DNA of 62,968 nucleotides, filler included, from Callorhinchus milii (taxonomy: Eukaryota): the NCBI RefSeq assembly GCF_018977255.1. It is 4 parts of 4 records of this genome, joined end to end, with 100 filler letters (N's around TTAATTAATTAA, not from the genome) between each part and the next. Parts side by side here need not be neighbours in the genome. Positions count along the whole stretch, not along the records: positions 38,370 to 44,792 come from NW_024704873.1; positions 44,893 to 62,968 come from NW_024705044.1; 2 more parts are not named here. One strand, given 5' to 3'. The notes under the pieces were generated by a model that saw only the letters and a program-made list of their open reading frames with translations, was not told where the DNA came from and made no database searches. Made by a program: the position numbers and the translations under genes. Each line of letters opens with the position of its first letter. Within the stretch, counting starts at the first letter, position 1. Below are positions 39,466 through 51,360 of this stretch, in pieces.

Positions 39466-39939
39466 CAAGCAAGAGGAGCGCATGGATTGGAGATCACAAG
39501 CGGGAGACATCACATTCACTGTTAAGAAAGGTAATGGGGGCAGCATCTAAGTGCAAATCTAAGGGTCAGGGAGGAAGCTTACCACCAATAATGGAACCCC
39601 TTAACTACCTCTCCTCCAGTGGGCATTAATTATATAAGAGCATTCATGAGGACATTTAAGCAACCCCTCCACCCTTCCTCCCCTCCCATTTTCCGTCTCC
39701 TACAGGGGTAACAGAACTTAGGAAGACACCAGGGGGTTGTAGCGTTTATTGAAACAAACGGTTTAGATAGGTTTCCAATCTCATTGTGATCCGTAATGTG
39801 TTTGTGCTGGTGTCAACCCCCTTTGTAATCCTCTATATTGTGTACCTGATATCGTCTTGTAAATAAATAAATAAAACGTTTGAGGCGGGGGGGAAGAAAG
39901 CTAATTGGGTTTCCGCAGGAAAAAGTGCAAGAAGGAACT

Positions 39940-40790
39940 TATGTTTTTTGGGTCTTTCAGTAAAGTCATGTAGATAGGTTCAAATTCATAAAAATAAAAT
40001 AAACAAAACTACGACGTTTCGATCACAACACAAAGCGATCATCATCAGGAGGAAAACTGAGGGGGAAAGCTGCTAAAAGCAGACTGTTTTAAAGGTTTAA
40101 AATGGGTGTAGCCCAAGGGTCATAAACGAAGTGGGCTAGTGATGTTAATGTGAGAAATCAGCATGTTAACGTAAGATCGCAGAGCCACCACCGCGTCGAG
40201 CTCGGCATGCGAAGGTGGCTGTGTTGGTGTGATAATTTAACCTGTTAATGTAAAATCGGAAAATAACAACTAACATCGGAAGGTGGCAGAATGGGAACAT
40301 CACAGCCTGTTATGACTTAAACTGGTTGATAACGTCCTTCCAATGATTGCTAAGTTTGTACCCATCTTCTTGGTTGAAATTGTGTCTGTGTGTAGAAATG
40401 GATGGCTTCATGAGCCAATCTCTGTTGATAGCCAGTGGGCTTACAAAGTACCTTCGTCTTTGAGAAATCAATTTCGTGTGAGCCAACCGCTTTAAAACAA
40501 TGATCAGCCACGGCCGACTTGTTGGTCCTACCGTGTTTCAAATCTGCCTTGTGCTTACAAACACGGTCCGAGACATGTCGCTTAGATTCCCCAATGTAAC
40601 TACTGCCGCAGACACAGCTTGTTTTGTAGATGCCAGGGTATTGATTATCGGGTATCCTATCCTTCACAGATGGGATCAGATCACAAATTTTATGTAATGT
40701 GTTAAATCGAGCCTGGATCTTGTGTTTGCTCAAGATTTTGGAAATCTTTTTTGGTGACCCTGCTATGTATGGCAAGGTGATGGGAAAGAA
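39940..40790 (-). mobile_element. 5'-truncated Penelope-like retroelement: GIY-YIG endonuclease plus 3' pLTR carrying a hammerhead motif
   Basis: ITLPYIAG linker, GIYKTSCVCGSSYIGESKR (GIY-YIG with Cys pair), SAVADHC..HEIDF..EAI; downstream on the same strand CTGATGA...GAAACGTC at 40048-40013. Confidence 0.9.
40004..40055 (-). ncRNA. Minimal type I hammerhead ribozyme motif (stem I degenerate)
   Basis: CTGATGA t GATCGC tttgtgtt GTGATC GAAACGTC; core and stem II intact, stem I pairing poor. Confidence 0.7.
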
Positions 40791-41036
40791 CCATCTGAGG
40801 ACCCAATCAAACCCATCACCTTGCATATACGCAATGTGTGGGCCTCCAATTTAGAATGCAACAAAAGAAAAACAACAATAAATAATCCCCAATGAAGAAG
40901 AACCGATATATACACTATATACAGGACCAGGGAGAGAAGAAGAGTGGGAGGAAGAGAGAAGAAAAAAAACTTAGTGGCAACTATTTACAATGGACGGACC
41001 ACCTCCCGGACAGGCCACAACTACACCTCACACATG

Positions 41037-41558
41037 TGTAGAGGTGGTACGTACTGGGTGTAGCGAGCCATTACGTAGCTGGTGTCTACATCACGGTCCG
41101 TGCGTGGGGTGGCTATATCGACGTCCGCATACAGCCCCCCCTCAGGGGGCAGAGGGGTATATAGGGCGGTGCGAGAGAGAGCTCGGGGAGTCGTTGGAGC
41201 CAGTGAAGAAGGAAGACGGAGCAAGCTAGATATGACCCTGGGACCCTAGCCCCGCCGCCCTTATCAGGGCCGGGACACTGTGTGGCTCAGTGGTGAGACC
41301 TGGGAACCTCCGGCCCGACGTCCTTATCAGGGCCGGGTCCGATGGGCCAGTGGTTGGGACCCGTACCCTGGCTAGGTCGGGTCAGATAGTCTCCTCTAGG
41401 AAATACATAGCCGGAGGACCTGAGAGCATAGCCGGTGTCAGGCACGCGCAGCCGTAGGTTGTGTTCCTAGACTGTATAGCTGACTGTTACTGTAGAGTGT
41501 TATAATAAATATGTGTCGCCTCCGTCAACTCGTCTCCTGCACTATTTACACCGTTACA
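41037..41558 (+). mobile_element. Solo LTR (Gypsy-type, 4-bp TSD)
   Basis: TGTAGAGG...CCGTTACA termini, perfect CATG duplication (41033-41036 / 41559-41562), TATATA at about 41158, AATAAA at about 41504. Confidence 0.85.
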
Positions 41559-42374
41559 CATGCAACACCACACTTGAGCACAAGATAAGCCATGTTAGCC
41601 ATTGACCCATCTGGCTCGAGTGGCGGCCGTGGACCACGGGTGTAGGCGCACTTTGACACCGGAGGATGGTCATTTAAATCGTGCCGTCTGTGCCCGAGTC
41701 CTTGATGCCGGGCCGTCAAGCTTGGAAGGTGTGGGTCCCCTGGAGGCTTTGGGGGCAGCCGGAAGATGGCTCGACGAGCATGACACCTCCTGAGCCAAAG
41801 AACCCCCATGTGGTAGGGGGTCGGGTGACTCCCCGTTCCCCCAGGCCTTTTCACAAAGAAAAGGCGCCTCTTCAGAGCAGGCCCTTCCGCTTGCATTTTT
41901 GGTGAGACGCTCGCGATGGCGGGAACCCTGTCCCACACACCGCTCAAAATGGCAGCCACTTGCTTGCGCGGGCTGCATTTCCCATGCTTCCCGCATTTCC
42001 CACACGCGGGACGTAGCAGCGGCGGAGTCTTTGCCCCGCGGCTCTGGTCTCCAATTCGTTCAGCTGGCTCGTCCAGTTCCATCTCCGTGACGAGTACTGC
42101 CACAGCGGACAGTAGGTTGACCAAGCGCTGGCTACGCGCCCGCCTGTCTCACCCGCTGCTGGCGGCATGGCGAGGTCGCAGTCCTGGTGCTGCTCCGCAA
42201 GCCCAAACCCCTCGTGGTCCATCTCCGGGGCTGCCTCTCCTGGGCTTGTCTGGGGGATCACCCCCTTTTTGTCTTCCTCCTCCGAAGAAGCCCTGGTAGG
42301 TTGCCTTCTTCTCGTGTACATTTTAAGCCTAAGCTATCACCTAGCTATGAAGTATTTTCACTTCTGGCACCAGA

Positions 42375-42830
42375 TGTAGTGCGTGTCTCACGAGGTACAC
42401 ACAGAATTCTGGAGGCACCACGATTTATTCACAACCGAACAGGGCTATGGGTTAACAATACTCGGGGTTACTCTAGACCCCAAAGGGGACTCTATGAAAA
42501 ACTGTATCCCCGACGACCGATGCTCCAAGACCCCGAAGCAACGCCACATGGTTAGCTCCCCCGCCAGACAACCCCGATCACTCCGCCCCTGTCCCTCTTA
42601 CCCTCCCGAGTGTGACCTCGCTCTGCCTCTGGCCACGCCTCTTCCTCGGTGTCTCTCGACACGGAACTGGATCCAGCGTCACATGTCCTCCGGGCCCCCG
42701 TTTCCGGGCCCCCTTCACTCCCCTGAGTTTCTAGGTCCCCCTCTCTGCGACGGGACCCTGCGCTGTAGGGCCTGCTTCTCCGCCACGTCTCCGTCGGCTC
42801 CCTCGAGAGGTACGTGCACCTCCTTTACCA
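42375..42830 (-). mobile_element. LTR-like element in reverse orientation; related fragment at 38370-38580
   Basis: Starts TGTAGTG, AATAAA on the minus strand at about 42424-42429; shares ctggccacgcc and ctggatcc..cacatg motifs with 38370-38430. Ends not securely defined. Confidence 0.4.
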
Positions 42831-44468
42831 ATTGTAGTTGTAGTTGGCATATACGCCGTAGAGACGCTATTTACGTCTCTACACTTGTATTAAAACTGTT
42901 AAATAATGTGCTGTTTGCTGAAGGGGGGAATATATTGTGAACTGTCGACATTTTAAGATGTTCACTGTGATCGTCATCTGAATCCAGTGTCGGTAGCCAA
43001 GCTTGAGAGAGGCACACAGTGCTTCCTGCGAGGTCGAAACTATGAGACCAGATGGGGTGCTCTCAGAGTGCGCATCCATGCCCGTAACTGCAAGCAGGAC
43101 CAAAGGAAATGCTCAGAAGTTCTACGTGTCTTCGAAGTATATTTGCATTCTTAGGGAAAGATCCTTCGTATACATTTCAAGTCTAAATGCATCCGTCCAT
43201 TGCTATCACTTGGTCATTTGCGATTAACCTACGGCTATGCAACCACTTGTTTCTATTGATTCCAAGCACGGCTCCACACCAGGAAGCAGGGAAATTAATT
43301 CCAGAGTGGTTGCTTAGAGCAGTGGCTGTGAGATCATTCTGTGAGAATTTGGATCAAGCTTGGATGTGTAAATGTCACGTGCCTTTGCGTGTGGGAATTG
43401 AATGCGTAATAATTATCCGGTATGGCGATTATAATGATGTGTTCAATTATGTACTGGCAGGTATATTGAGAGCCGCATGTGTGGTGTTTAGTTAGACTCC
43501 AATTTTTTTTATTTCAGCAAAAGGTGTACTCGTAATTAAGTGGACAGCACTTATACTTTTCACATCAGTAGGCTAGCCCAAGAGTGAAACATATTTTTCT
43601 TATGCTTGCGTAATTTAGCAGCCATATATATCAATACCTGTACGTACTCATTGTTCAGCAATGTTGTTTATAATGTTGAACTTTCACTAGCCTACAGCAG
43701 GTTCGTGTCTCAAAATACGTGATTTGTTCGTTGTGACATTACTGTAAATGGCTTAGTAAATTACGCAGCCTGCTTGTCAGGTTTTAAAACACAAGTTCAA
43801 AGATTTTTCCGCATATATATTTCACATAAGGGCTGTTTATACAACACTGTCAGGACATAATAGATGGCACTCCGTTTAATAGGACAATCCGTGTCTGCCA
43901 CCAAAGAAATGTACTAGTAGTTTTTTTAAGGAAGCATTCACACTTTAATCTGGGTTAAAGCACCCATATATTGAAACAATAAATGCAAATACTCTTTAAT
44001 GGGGAATCTGTTTCATCTTGCGTAGCCACCAATTCATGAATGTCACATGTTTCAGCAGACAAGTGTCTCATAATCATTCTGTACACGTTCACTCAGTGCG
44101 ACACATTCCATTGTAATAAACATTCTCAATTCTATAGTTGCATTAAATATATATATTTATCTGTGTGCATCTTCAACAACATGATAACAGAATAATAACA
44201 GTAGCAAATTATCCAGTAAAGCTTTACTGAGTCTCAAAAATGTTTTTTCAGCACGATCCTTGGACTTCTGCACAATGTTTACGTGTGGGAGGAAACTGGA
44301 CTACTGGAGAACACCCACACTTATGAGGGAATATTAATCAATGATTCGTATGCATGGATTATAAACCCTCATGCTCTCTTGCCATCTCCTGGGTTACCTT
44401 GCAAAACAGAAAGTTTGAGGTTTCACAATGTAAGATGAAATGTGCAAAAGTCCGAAACCCTGCATTTG

Positions 44469-44551
44469 GCCTACGACATATCACCCTGAATGTGCCCGAT
44501 CTCGTCCGATCTCGGAAGGTAAGCAGAATCTAGCCTCGTTAATACTTGGAT
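44469..44551 (+). pseudogene. 5S rRNA-derived fragment (first ~83 nt); pseudogene or SINE3 head
   Basis: gcctacgacatatcaccctgaatgtgcccgatctcgtccgatctcggaaggtaagcag...gttaatacttggat matches vertebrate 5S rRNA up to box C; the 3' third is missing. Confidence 0.88.
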
Positions 44552-44792
44552 TTAAAAAATCCTGCTCTGGACCGCAGCCATGCACCACCAGGTCTGCAAT
44601 GCTTGTTGTTGTTGCTGTTGTCAGCCTTAAACTTCCGCTATCCTCTTGCATTCCTTCCTTAGATAGTCTATAGGTCTCTACGTGAGTCTCTCAGGCACTA
44701 TGTGACTCTCTGGGTATTATCTTGTAGTTGTCATCCTGTAACTTCTCACTGCTGGGAAAAGGGCTGCCCCATCCTCTTCCATGCCTTCCTTC

Positions 44793-44892
44793 NNNNNNNN
44801 NNNNNNNNNNNNNNNNNNNNNNNNNNNNNNNNNNNNTTAATTAATTAANNNNNNNNNNNNNNNNNNNNNNNNNNNNNNNNNNNNNNNNNNNN
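44793..44892. other. Artificial contig-joining spacer
   Basis: N44-TTAATTAATTAA-N44. Confidence 0.98.
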
Positions 44893-45714
44893 TCTGCAAA
44901 TTTGCGCGCGTTACAAATTGAACTATTATTATTATTAATGTCGAGGCGCTGCTTCTAGCGACGACGAGAGGGCTTCAGCAGAGAGAGACAAAGTTCGCGT
45001 CGTGTCGCAGTTCCTCCTCTTCCACGGAAGGAGTGCAGGCCACAGTGGGTTCACTATAAGGTCTCTATGTAGCTCTATGTATCTCTATGTTGTCTCTGTG
45101 GGTTTAATTTACGGGTCCATAGGTTGAGTTGCATGGCCCAGAATCGCGCTGCTGAGTGTTCATAGCAGGGTTTTCATTTGCTTGGTCGTGGCTGTACATG
45201 GAATTTGGTCATCACGTGAAATTTAAATACAGCCTTATGAGGGTGGTGGCATTGGCGCGAGTGGCGCTACCTAAACTGAAAGTGTCATGAATATTGAGTC
45301 TTTAATTTTCCATTCACGAAGGAGACGGGGTGGCAGCGTCGGCCTGCTGTTGATGTTGTCATGCGGTTTATGTTCACACCACCGGTGCCTTCGAGGAGAT
45401 GGATGAGAAACGTTCGAGCTGGGAGGGTTGCGATGTTTGGGGTCTCAAATGAGGTGTTTACCGTGAACGTCCGCATAAACCCTCTGTTGTGTACACACAG
45501 CCAGACACCATAACCTCACTCCAGCCACTCACTCGCCCACCGGCAATCGACCACCTCCCTGTCACTCTTCCGCGCCACTTCAGCGATTTTCCGTTCCCGT
45601 GAACTTCACTCTTTGATCCCTCGATTCACCCGCGTTGATGACTCTGTGTCCACCAGACCGACTGTCTCATCTCGCCCACCGGGGTTCAACCACCACATCG
45701 CTGGCCACATCAGC

Positions 45715-46075
45715 TCGCTCACTCATCCACTCACCACACCGCAGGGCAACTTACAACTCACTAACCCGATAATTCGCCCACTCACTCTCTCACTCACTCA
45801 CCCACTCACTCGTTCGTTCACTCAACCGTTCATTCACTCATTCACTCATCTACTTACGACACCGCAGGACAACTCACAACTCAGTCACGGACTCACTCGC
45901 TCGCTCACTCATCCACTCACCACACCGCGGACAACTCACAACTCACTAACCCGATCATTCGCTCACTCACCCACCCACCCACTCGCTCGTTCGTTCACCC
46001 GTTAACTCACTCGTTCACTGACCCACTCACTCATTCACCCACTCTCCTACCCACTCACTCACCAGCTCACCACAC
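45715..46075. repeat. Degenerate (CACT)n tract with an internal repeated unit
   Basis: ctcact/cattca tetramers; (c)accacaccgc(a/g)ggacaactcacaactca recurs three times. Confidence 0.8.
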
Positions 46076-46324
46076 TGTGTCCAACCACCACACTGCAGGT
46101 CACAACATTTCTCGCACTCTCTGCTGTTTCCTTCTCACTGCTCCACTTTGCAATTCTCCCTCCCCCCACTTATTTCCCGCAAACACCTATAACCCTGCTC
46201 AAGTCAAGGAATATGTTCACTTTGAAAGTGCTGCTCATTGCTGAACGTATAACGTTTACGCCCTTTGGGCCTGTCGCTCATAAACTGTAAAAAAAAAATA
46301 CACAAACACACGGATGTGTACCTA

Positions 46325-46460
46325 TAAACAAAGACAAAACCTCCCTTAAAGCCTTCACAGACTGTTGGGGCAAGTGCTGTTAGCGAGCAGCAGTACCTAT
46401 GAAGGCCGGCACAGCACACGAGGGAGTGGGTGGCCAGCACCACGCCCGGCCGCCTTTGTC
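46325..46460 (-). mobile_element. 3' part of a second SINE family (same family as 48083-48427)
   Basis: Reverse complement of ggccac..ccctcgtgtgctgtgcc.gcct...cagcacttgcccc..cagtctgt..aaggctt. Confidence 0.7.
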
Positions 46461-46707
46461 TCCCCAGTCGCGATGTTTACACACCGCGCCAAATACTCAG
46501 TTGAGGCCGAGTCGACCGATATACACTCACCTGGACACGCGTCTCCACACACACATACATATACACACGTCCACCGCCGCCTTTGGCTGCAGGGTGAGCG
46601 GGCCCAGCTTGTGGCTTCTATTGGGATCTGTGGCGTCCGTGGCCTCACGTATGCCACGCGCCGCCACCGTGCGTGCGTCAGGGTTCTTGCTCGACAACAG
46701 CAACAGG

Positions 46708-47305
46708 GCTACCGTGATGATGATGAGAGAGAGACACACAAACTCCAAATATACAGCAGGCATCGTCAGGGTCGGGATCGAACCCACGACCTCCTGTATA
46801 CCAGGCGAGGTAGTCAACATCTCCTAGCCACCGTGATGATGATGAGAGAGAGACACCAAACTCCAAATATACAGCAGGCATCGTCAGGGTCGGGATCGAA
46901 CCCACGACCTCCTGGATACCAGGCGAGGTAGTCAACATCTCCTAGCCACCGTGATGATGATGAGAGAGAGACACACAAACTCCAAATATACAGCAGCAGG
47001 CGTCAGGGTCGGGATCGAACCCACGACCTCCTGTATACCAGGCGAGGTAGTCAACATCTCCTAGCCACCGTGATGATGAGAGAGAGAGACACACAAACTC
47101 CAAATATACAGCAGCAGGCGTCAGGGTCGGGATCGAACCCACGACCTCCTGTATACCAGGCGAGGTAGTCAACATCTCCTAGCCACCGTGATGATGATGA
47201 GAGAGAGACACACAAACTCCAAATATACAGCAGCAGCGTCAGGGTCGGGATCGAACCCACGACCTCCTGTATACCAGGCGAGGTAGTCAACATCTCCTAG
47301 CCACC
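46708..47305 (-). repeat. Tandem array of five 118-119-bp tRNA-like SINE heads
   Basis: Units start at 46708, 46827, 46945, 47064 and 47182 and are near-identical. Each carries the B-box GGTTCGATCCC on the minus strand and matches the 5' part of the V-SINE copies at 53599 and 61704. Confidence 0.93.
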
Positions 47306-48082
47306 TTGGCGAGATGTCCCGTGCCAGTGTCGCGGTCCAAAGTTGTAACATTTGTGACGAAAAAATTTCACCGCAAATGACTCAATCGGGATTCTGCGCA
47401 GCAACCGTTGCCCGCTACCGTAGAAACCACAGGCAGGACCCTCCTGAAAAAAAAACCTGTCATGAGACTCACAAGTCAGTGAGACTTTTTTCCTGGCTAA
47501 TCAAGTGTGTATGTATGTTGAACTTCTTTCGCACCGTACGTAGCCAACCGTGCTAATCGTAGGTGCTGGCCATCCACCCCTTGGTGCGCTGTGCCAAGCT
47601 GAGTCGGTGCTAACCCACGGCACTTGCCACTAGTACAAAAATAATAAGAAATACTTTTGAAACAAGGTTTTTTTTTATGATAAATGAGTGAAAATGTACT
47701 TTAAAAAAGAAGTGTTATTTGGAATGGTAGATGCGTTCACGGCAAGTTGCTAAGTCTGGTAGGAGGTGGAACGGTGCAACGATTACCCTGGAACCGGTAA
47801 CCGAACCGGCACCGTTCACCACTGCACCGTTGAAAATGAAACCCACATCCATCGCCGAATAGAATCACGACACTCGATTGTGGAATCGCGCGGGGTGGGA
47901 AGGGGTGGAGAGAGGGGGGGGGAGAGTCCAATCGGTCGACTCGTTACGACGTGGATATAAAATTGACGTTTGCTTTAAGCTGTCCCTGTGGGATCACTCA
48001 CAGCGCCAGTGGCGGGCATACATCACCGTGATTACATGGGCCGCAAGGCAGGCCACGTGTGTGCGTGTGTCTTTCCCTTCAT

Positions 48083-48427
48083 TGGGGAGTGGTCGTGTTG
48101 TGGTTAGGACTGCACCGCGCTACGAACCTGGCCACCCGAGTTCGATTCTCGCTCATGGCCAACGTCGGTGACGATTATGTCTACACCGGTCCTGGGTCTC
48201 CCCTCCCCCCCCCCCCCCCACTAGGTCGACTCAGCCTTAGATGAGTAACTGTACCTGGTGAAATTGTGTAAAAAAAAGACATCAGAAATCTAGAGACAAA
48301 GGCAGCTTTGGTCGTGATGCTGGCCACACACACCCTCGTGCGCTGTGCCAGCCTGAATAGCTACTCACCAACAGCACTTGCCCCAGCAGCCTGTCAAAGG
48401 CTTAACGGGGGATCTTTGCCTTTGCCT
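48083..48427 (+). mobile_element. tRNA-derived SINE (gcgctacgaacc anticodon-like arm, ggtcgactcagcctt core, ctttgcctttg tail)
   Basis: B-box gagttcgattc; further copies at 51360-51660 (+) and 52180-52430 (-), fragments at 46325, 47560 and 58660. Confidence 0.8.
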
Positions 48428-48544
48428 GTCCCCTCGTCCCCTTGTGTACGGGCTACTGTAAAGCACTACCTTTAATTAGCCCGCTGCCGCATTCTTTAAA
48501 ATCCAAGTCCATCAGACATGGTGCAAATCATTCATCTTGGTTTT

Positions 48545-49308
48545 TAAATCCTTTATATTAAGTTCACTTGCTTGCTTGCTTGCGCGCTTACGACTGTGCA
48601 AATCTTTCGGTCGTTTTTAAATCCTTTATATTAAGTTCGCTTGCTTGCGTGCTTGCGTGCTTGCTTGCTTACGACCGTGCAAATCTTTCGGTCGTTTTTT
48701 AACCCACTTCCCGTGATCCAATCGAGCTGACATTTTGCAGACAGACTCGTTGTGCGAGACAATTAATGTTCGTGAAATTTTTGTTCCAAAATTTTACACT
48801 GTTTAGGGAAAACAAATTAAATATTTAATTACCAATTGCTTAATACTGGCAGACAATCATCTGACCCATAGGTGGCAGCCATCTCAAGCCAGAGGACGAG
48901 AGGACTCTAGCCGCCACGCATATAAAGGATTTATAGTGAAAAACTTTGCTTTTACGGGTTATACTTATTTATTTAAATCCTTTATATTAAGTTTTGCTTG
49001 CTTGCGTGCTTACGACCGTGCAAATCTTTAGGTCGTTTTTTAACCCACTTCCCGTGATCCAATCGAGCTGACATTTTCCACACAGACTCGTTGTGCGTGA
49101 CAATTAATTTTCGTGAAAAAAAATGTCAAAAATTTTACACTTTTTAGGAAAAAATTAATTATATTTAATTACCAATTGCTTAATGGTGCCAGGCAATCAT
49201 CTGACCCATAGGTGGCAGCCATCTCAAGCCAGAGGACGAGAGGACTCTAGCCGCCCGATGCTACGCATATAAAGGATTTATAGTGAAAAACTTTTTTTTT
49301 ACGGGTTA
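48545..49308 (+). mobile_element. Tandem Helentron/DINE-1-like non-autonomous rolling-circle elements (one partial, two full)
   Basis: Units at 48545, 48618 and 48974 begin TAAATCCTTTATAT followed by a (GCTT)n microsatellite; its exact inverse ATATAAAGGATTTA is subterminal (48920, 49267) and followed by a short hairpin-like segment; T-rich junctions. Confidence 0.68.
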
Positions 49309-49609
49309 ATTTTTTTGTTCTCCAACAGAGAACAGTTGAGCGCCATCACCGTTAACAGTCGCCGACGGAGAGAAGCATCCCGTTGTGTGCGCATGGAAAC
49401 GTCGAACCTTAGTCCAAGCTGCACCGCTGTCATCGCTATCATCAACTTCGGGGTGGAGTGGTGGCGCCAGGGGTCGACACATTGCGCTTTGAACCCCGGA
49501 AGACAATTCCCAGCCCCGGCTAAACATCGGTGACCGACATCCAAATCAGTCCCGGGTGCCCCGATTGGCATTGACTAGCGCAGTCAAGCACGGACAGACA
49601 ACCCCCATG

Positions 49610-49945
49610 CATGCATGTATGTTGTATGTATGTTGTATGTATGTTGCATGTATGTTGTATGTATGTTGTATGTATGTTGTATGTATGTTGCATGTATGTT
49701 GTATGTATGTTGCATGTATGTTGTATGTATGTTGTATGTATGTTGTATGTATGTTGTATGTATGTATGTTGAACTTCTCTCGCACCGTAAGTAGCCAACC
49801 GTGCTAACTGGAGGTGCGGGGGACAACAAGCTGAGCACAAAACAGCTGTTCTAAAGAAACGACTTTTCAATCTCGTTTAAAAAGTGCTTGCTAATATCAG
49901 AAGCTAGGGCATTCCAGACGGCCGCTGTGACTGAGCAGAATCGGG
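49610..49945 (-). mobile_element. LINE 3' end with an expanded (ACAT/ACA) microsatellite tail
   Basis: Tail motif ttagcacggttggctac.tacggtgc...gaagttcaacatacatac recurs at 47508-47556 and 50545-50593; an 11-nt ATGTTGTATGT tandem occupies about 49617-49770. Confidence 0.72.
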
Positions 49946-50063
49946 AATGCCGTCATCCAGCAGCTGATCGATCAAGGGTTTTACATAATTCAGCTTTACA
50001 GCATCTCGCCCCGATTTAAATAAGGCACCGTTGGTCACATGAGATGATGGATCTCATATTCTG

Positions 50064-50217
50064 TGGGTCTTTCGGTAAAGTCACGTCGATACGTTCAAAA
50101 TACATTTTTTTTAAATCAACAAAAAGCCACGACGTTTCGATCACAACACAAGCCTATCTACGTGACTTTACCGAAAGACCCAAAGAAGATGAATTCCCGC
50201 AGTCGCGAAAGCTTCAA
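50064..50217. mobile_element. Fold-back Penelope pLTR derivative containing half a hammerhead
   Basis: Arms gggtctttcggtaaagtcacgt / acgtgactttaccgaaagaccc; the interior keeps GTGATC GAAACGTC (minus) but not CTGATGA. Confidence 0.75.
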
Positions 50218-50544
50218 GTGGAGATGTATCTCCACGCGTATCTCGCCCGACTGCATGAGAGGACGCTGAATGTAATTGCTTCGGATGAGTGCAGTCACTT
50301 ACACTTGGCCCCTGGCCACGAGGACAATCCCTCACGTGGAATCTCGCCCCGCCCCTTGCAGTCTCGTTGCACGTACACATTCCAACCACCCCACCCCTCC
50401 CCCGAGTACCAGATCCGTGCGTCTCCCCTCCTCTACAACAAACTCTTCCGCTTTAAATTTCTCACGGCGCGCCCTGCCGCGTTGCAGTGCTCTCGCGGAG
50501 AGCAACGCACCTCCAAAGCGTGGAGGTCAAAGTTCAACTATATA

Positions 50545-50860
50545 TGTATGTATGTTGAACTTCTTTTGCACCGTACGTAGCCAACCGTGCTAATGGATAG
50601 TTCCAAAGAAAATGAGTTTTCAATCGAGATTATTTAAAAGTGCATATTTCCAGTGGCTTCCTTATATCGGAAGGAAGAGCGTTCCAGACGGCCGCAGAAG
50701 CGCGTCTGAAAGCGCCGCGTGATGCGGTGGCCACCGTCTTTGTTCGATGGCCCAGCCAAAAGAGCACGGGGAGACGCACGTGACCCGCTAACAGCCCTGA
50801 GGCAGTGGTGGAAATTTCACGTTCCTGTGGACGAGACCTTGCAGTGGGCAACCACCGTTG
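50545..50860 (-). mobile_element. L2-type LINE 3' fragment
   Basis: GAFRRASAAVWNALPSDIR..CTFK is the typical L2/CR1 ORF2 C-terminus, followed by the tail above. Confidence 0.72.
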
Positions 50861-51179
50861 TTGATGTCTCTACAAAGAGCTTTGTCATCATGCTCACGGC
50901 CACCACCGGTGACAGTTATCTGAGCCAGCCCTTGGCCTCCTTGTGGGGCCTTACCTGGAAAAGTAAAAAAATATCTTATGGTTCTAGTTTCGTTCTCTTC
51001 GCGTCCAGTTGGTCGTCTCAGCTGTGCGTGGAGCGTGCGACACTCGACTCGCCTTCACGCGCACGGCACCAGCGAAGGTTTTTCTTTGCCCCCCACACCG
51101 TGGCAAGGGCATCGCGTGTACGCTAAAGTGCGCCGTGGCATTTACCAGGCACTAGCTACAGGCAGGGGTACTCGCTTGC

Positions 51180-51360
51180 GTGCACGGGTGCACCGTGTGC
51201 GCGCGTGTGTGTGAGAATGTGCGTGTGTGTGCGTGTGTGCGTGTGTGTGTGCATGTGCGCGTGTGCGTGTGCGCGTGCGTGTGTGTATGTGCGCGTGTGT
51301 GCGCGTATGTTCGTGCGTGCGTTTGCGTGTGTGCGTGTGTGTGCGCGTGTGTGTGTGCGC
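51180..51360. repeat. (TG/CG)n alternating purine-pyrimidine tract
   Basis: Seen directly. Confidence 0.9.

Noticed and set aside
42879..43110. Possible minus-strand exon with an acceptor-like site (similar case on plus at 49328-49450)
   Set aside because: No recognisable protein similarity and no convincing partner donor or exon.
46708..47305. CRISPR array or true tRNA gene cluster
   Set aside because: Units are wholly repeated with no unique spacers and no cas genes are present. They match SINE heads elsewhere in the contig and lack a full tRNA cloverleaf.
47925..47965. CCAAT plus TATA-like core promoter
   Set aside because: No downstream gene evident; such short motifs are expected by chance.
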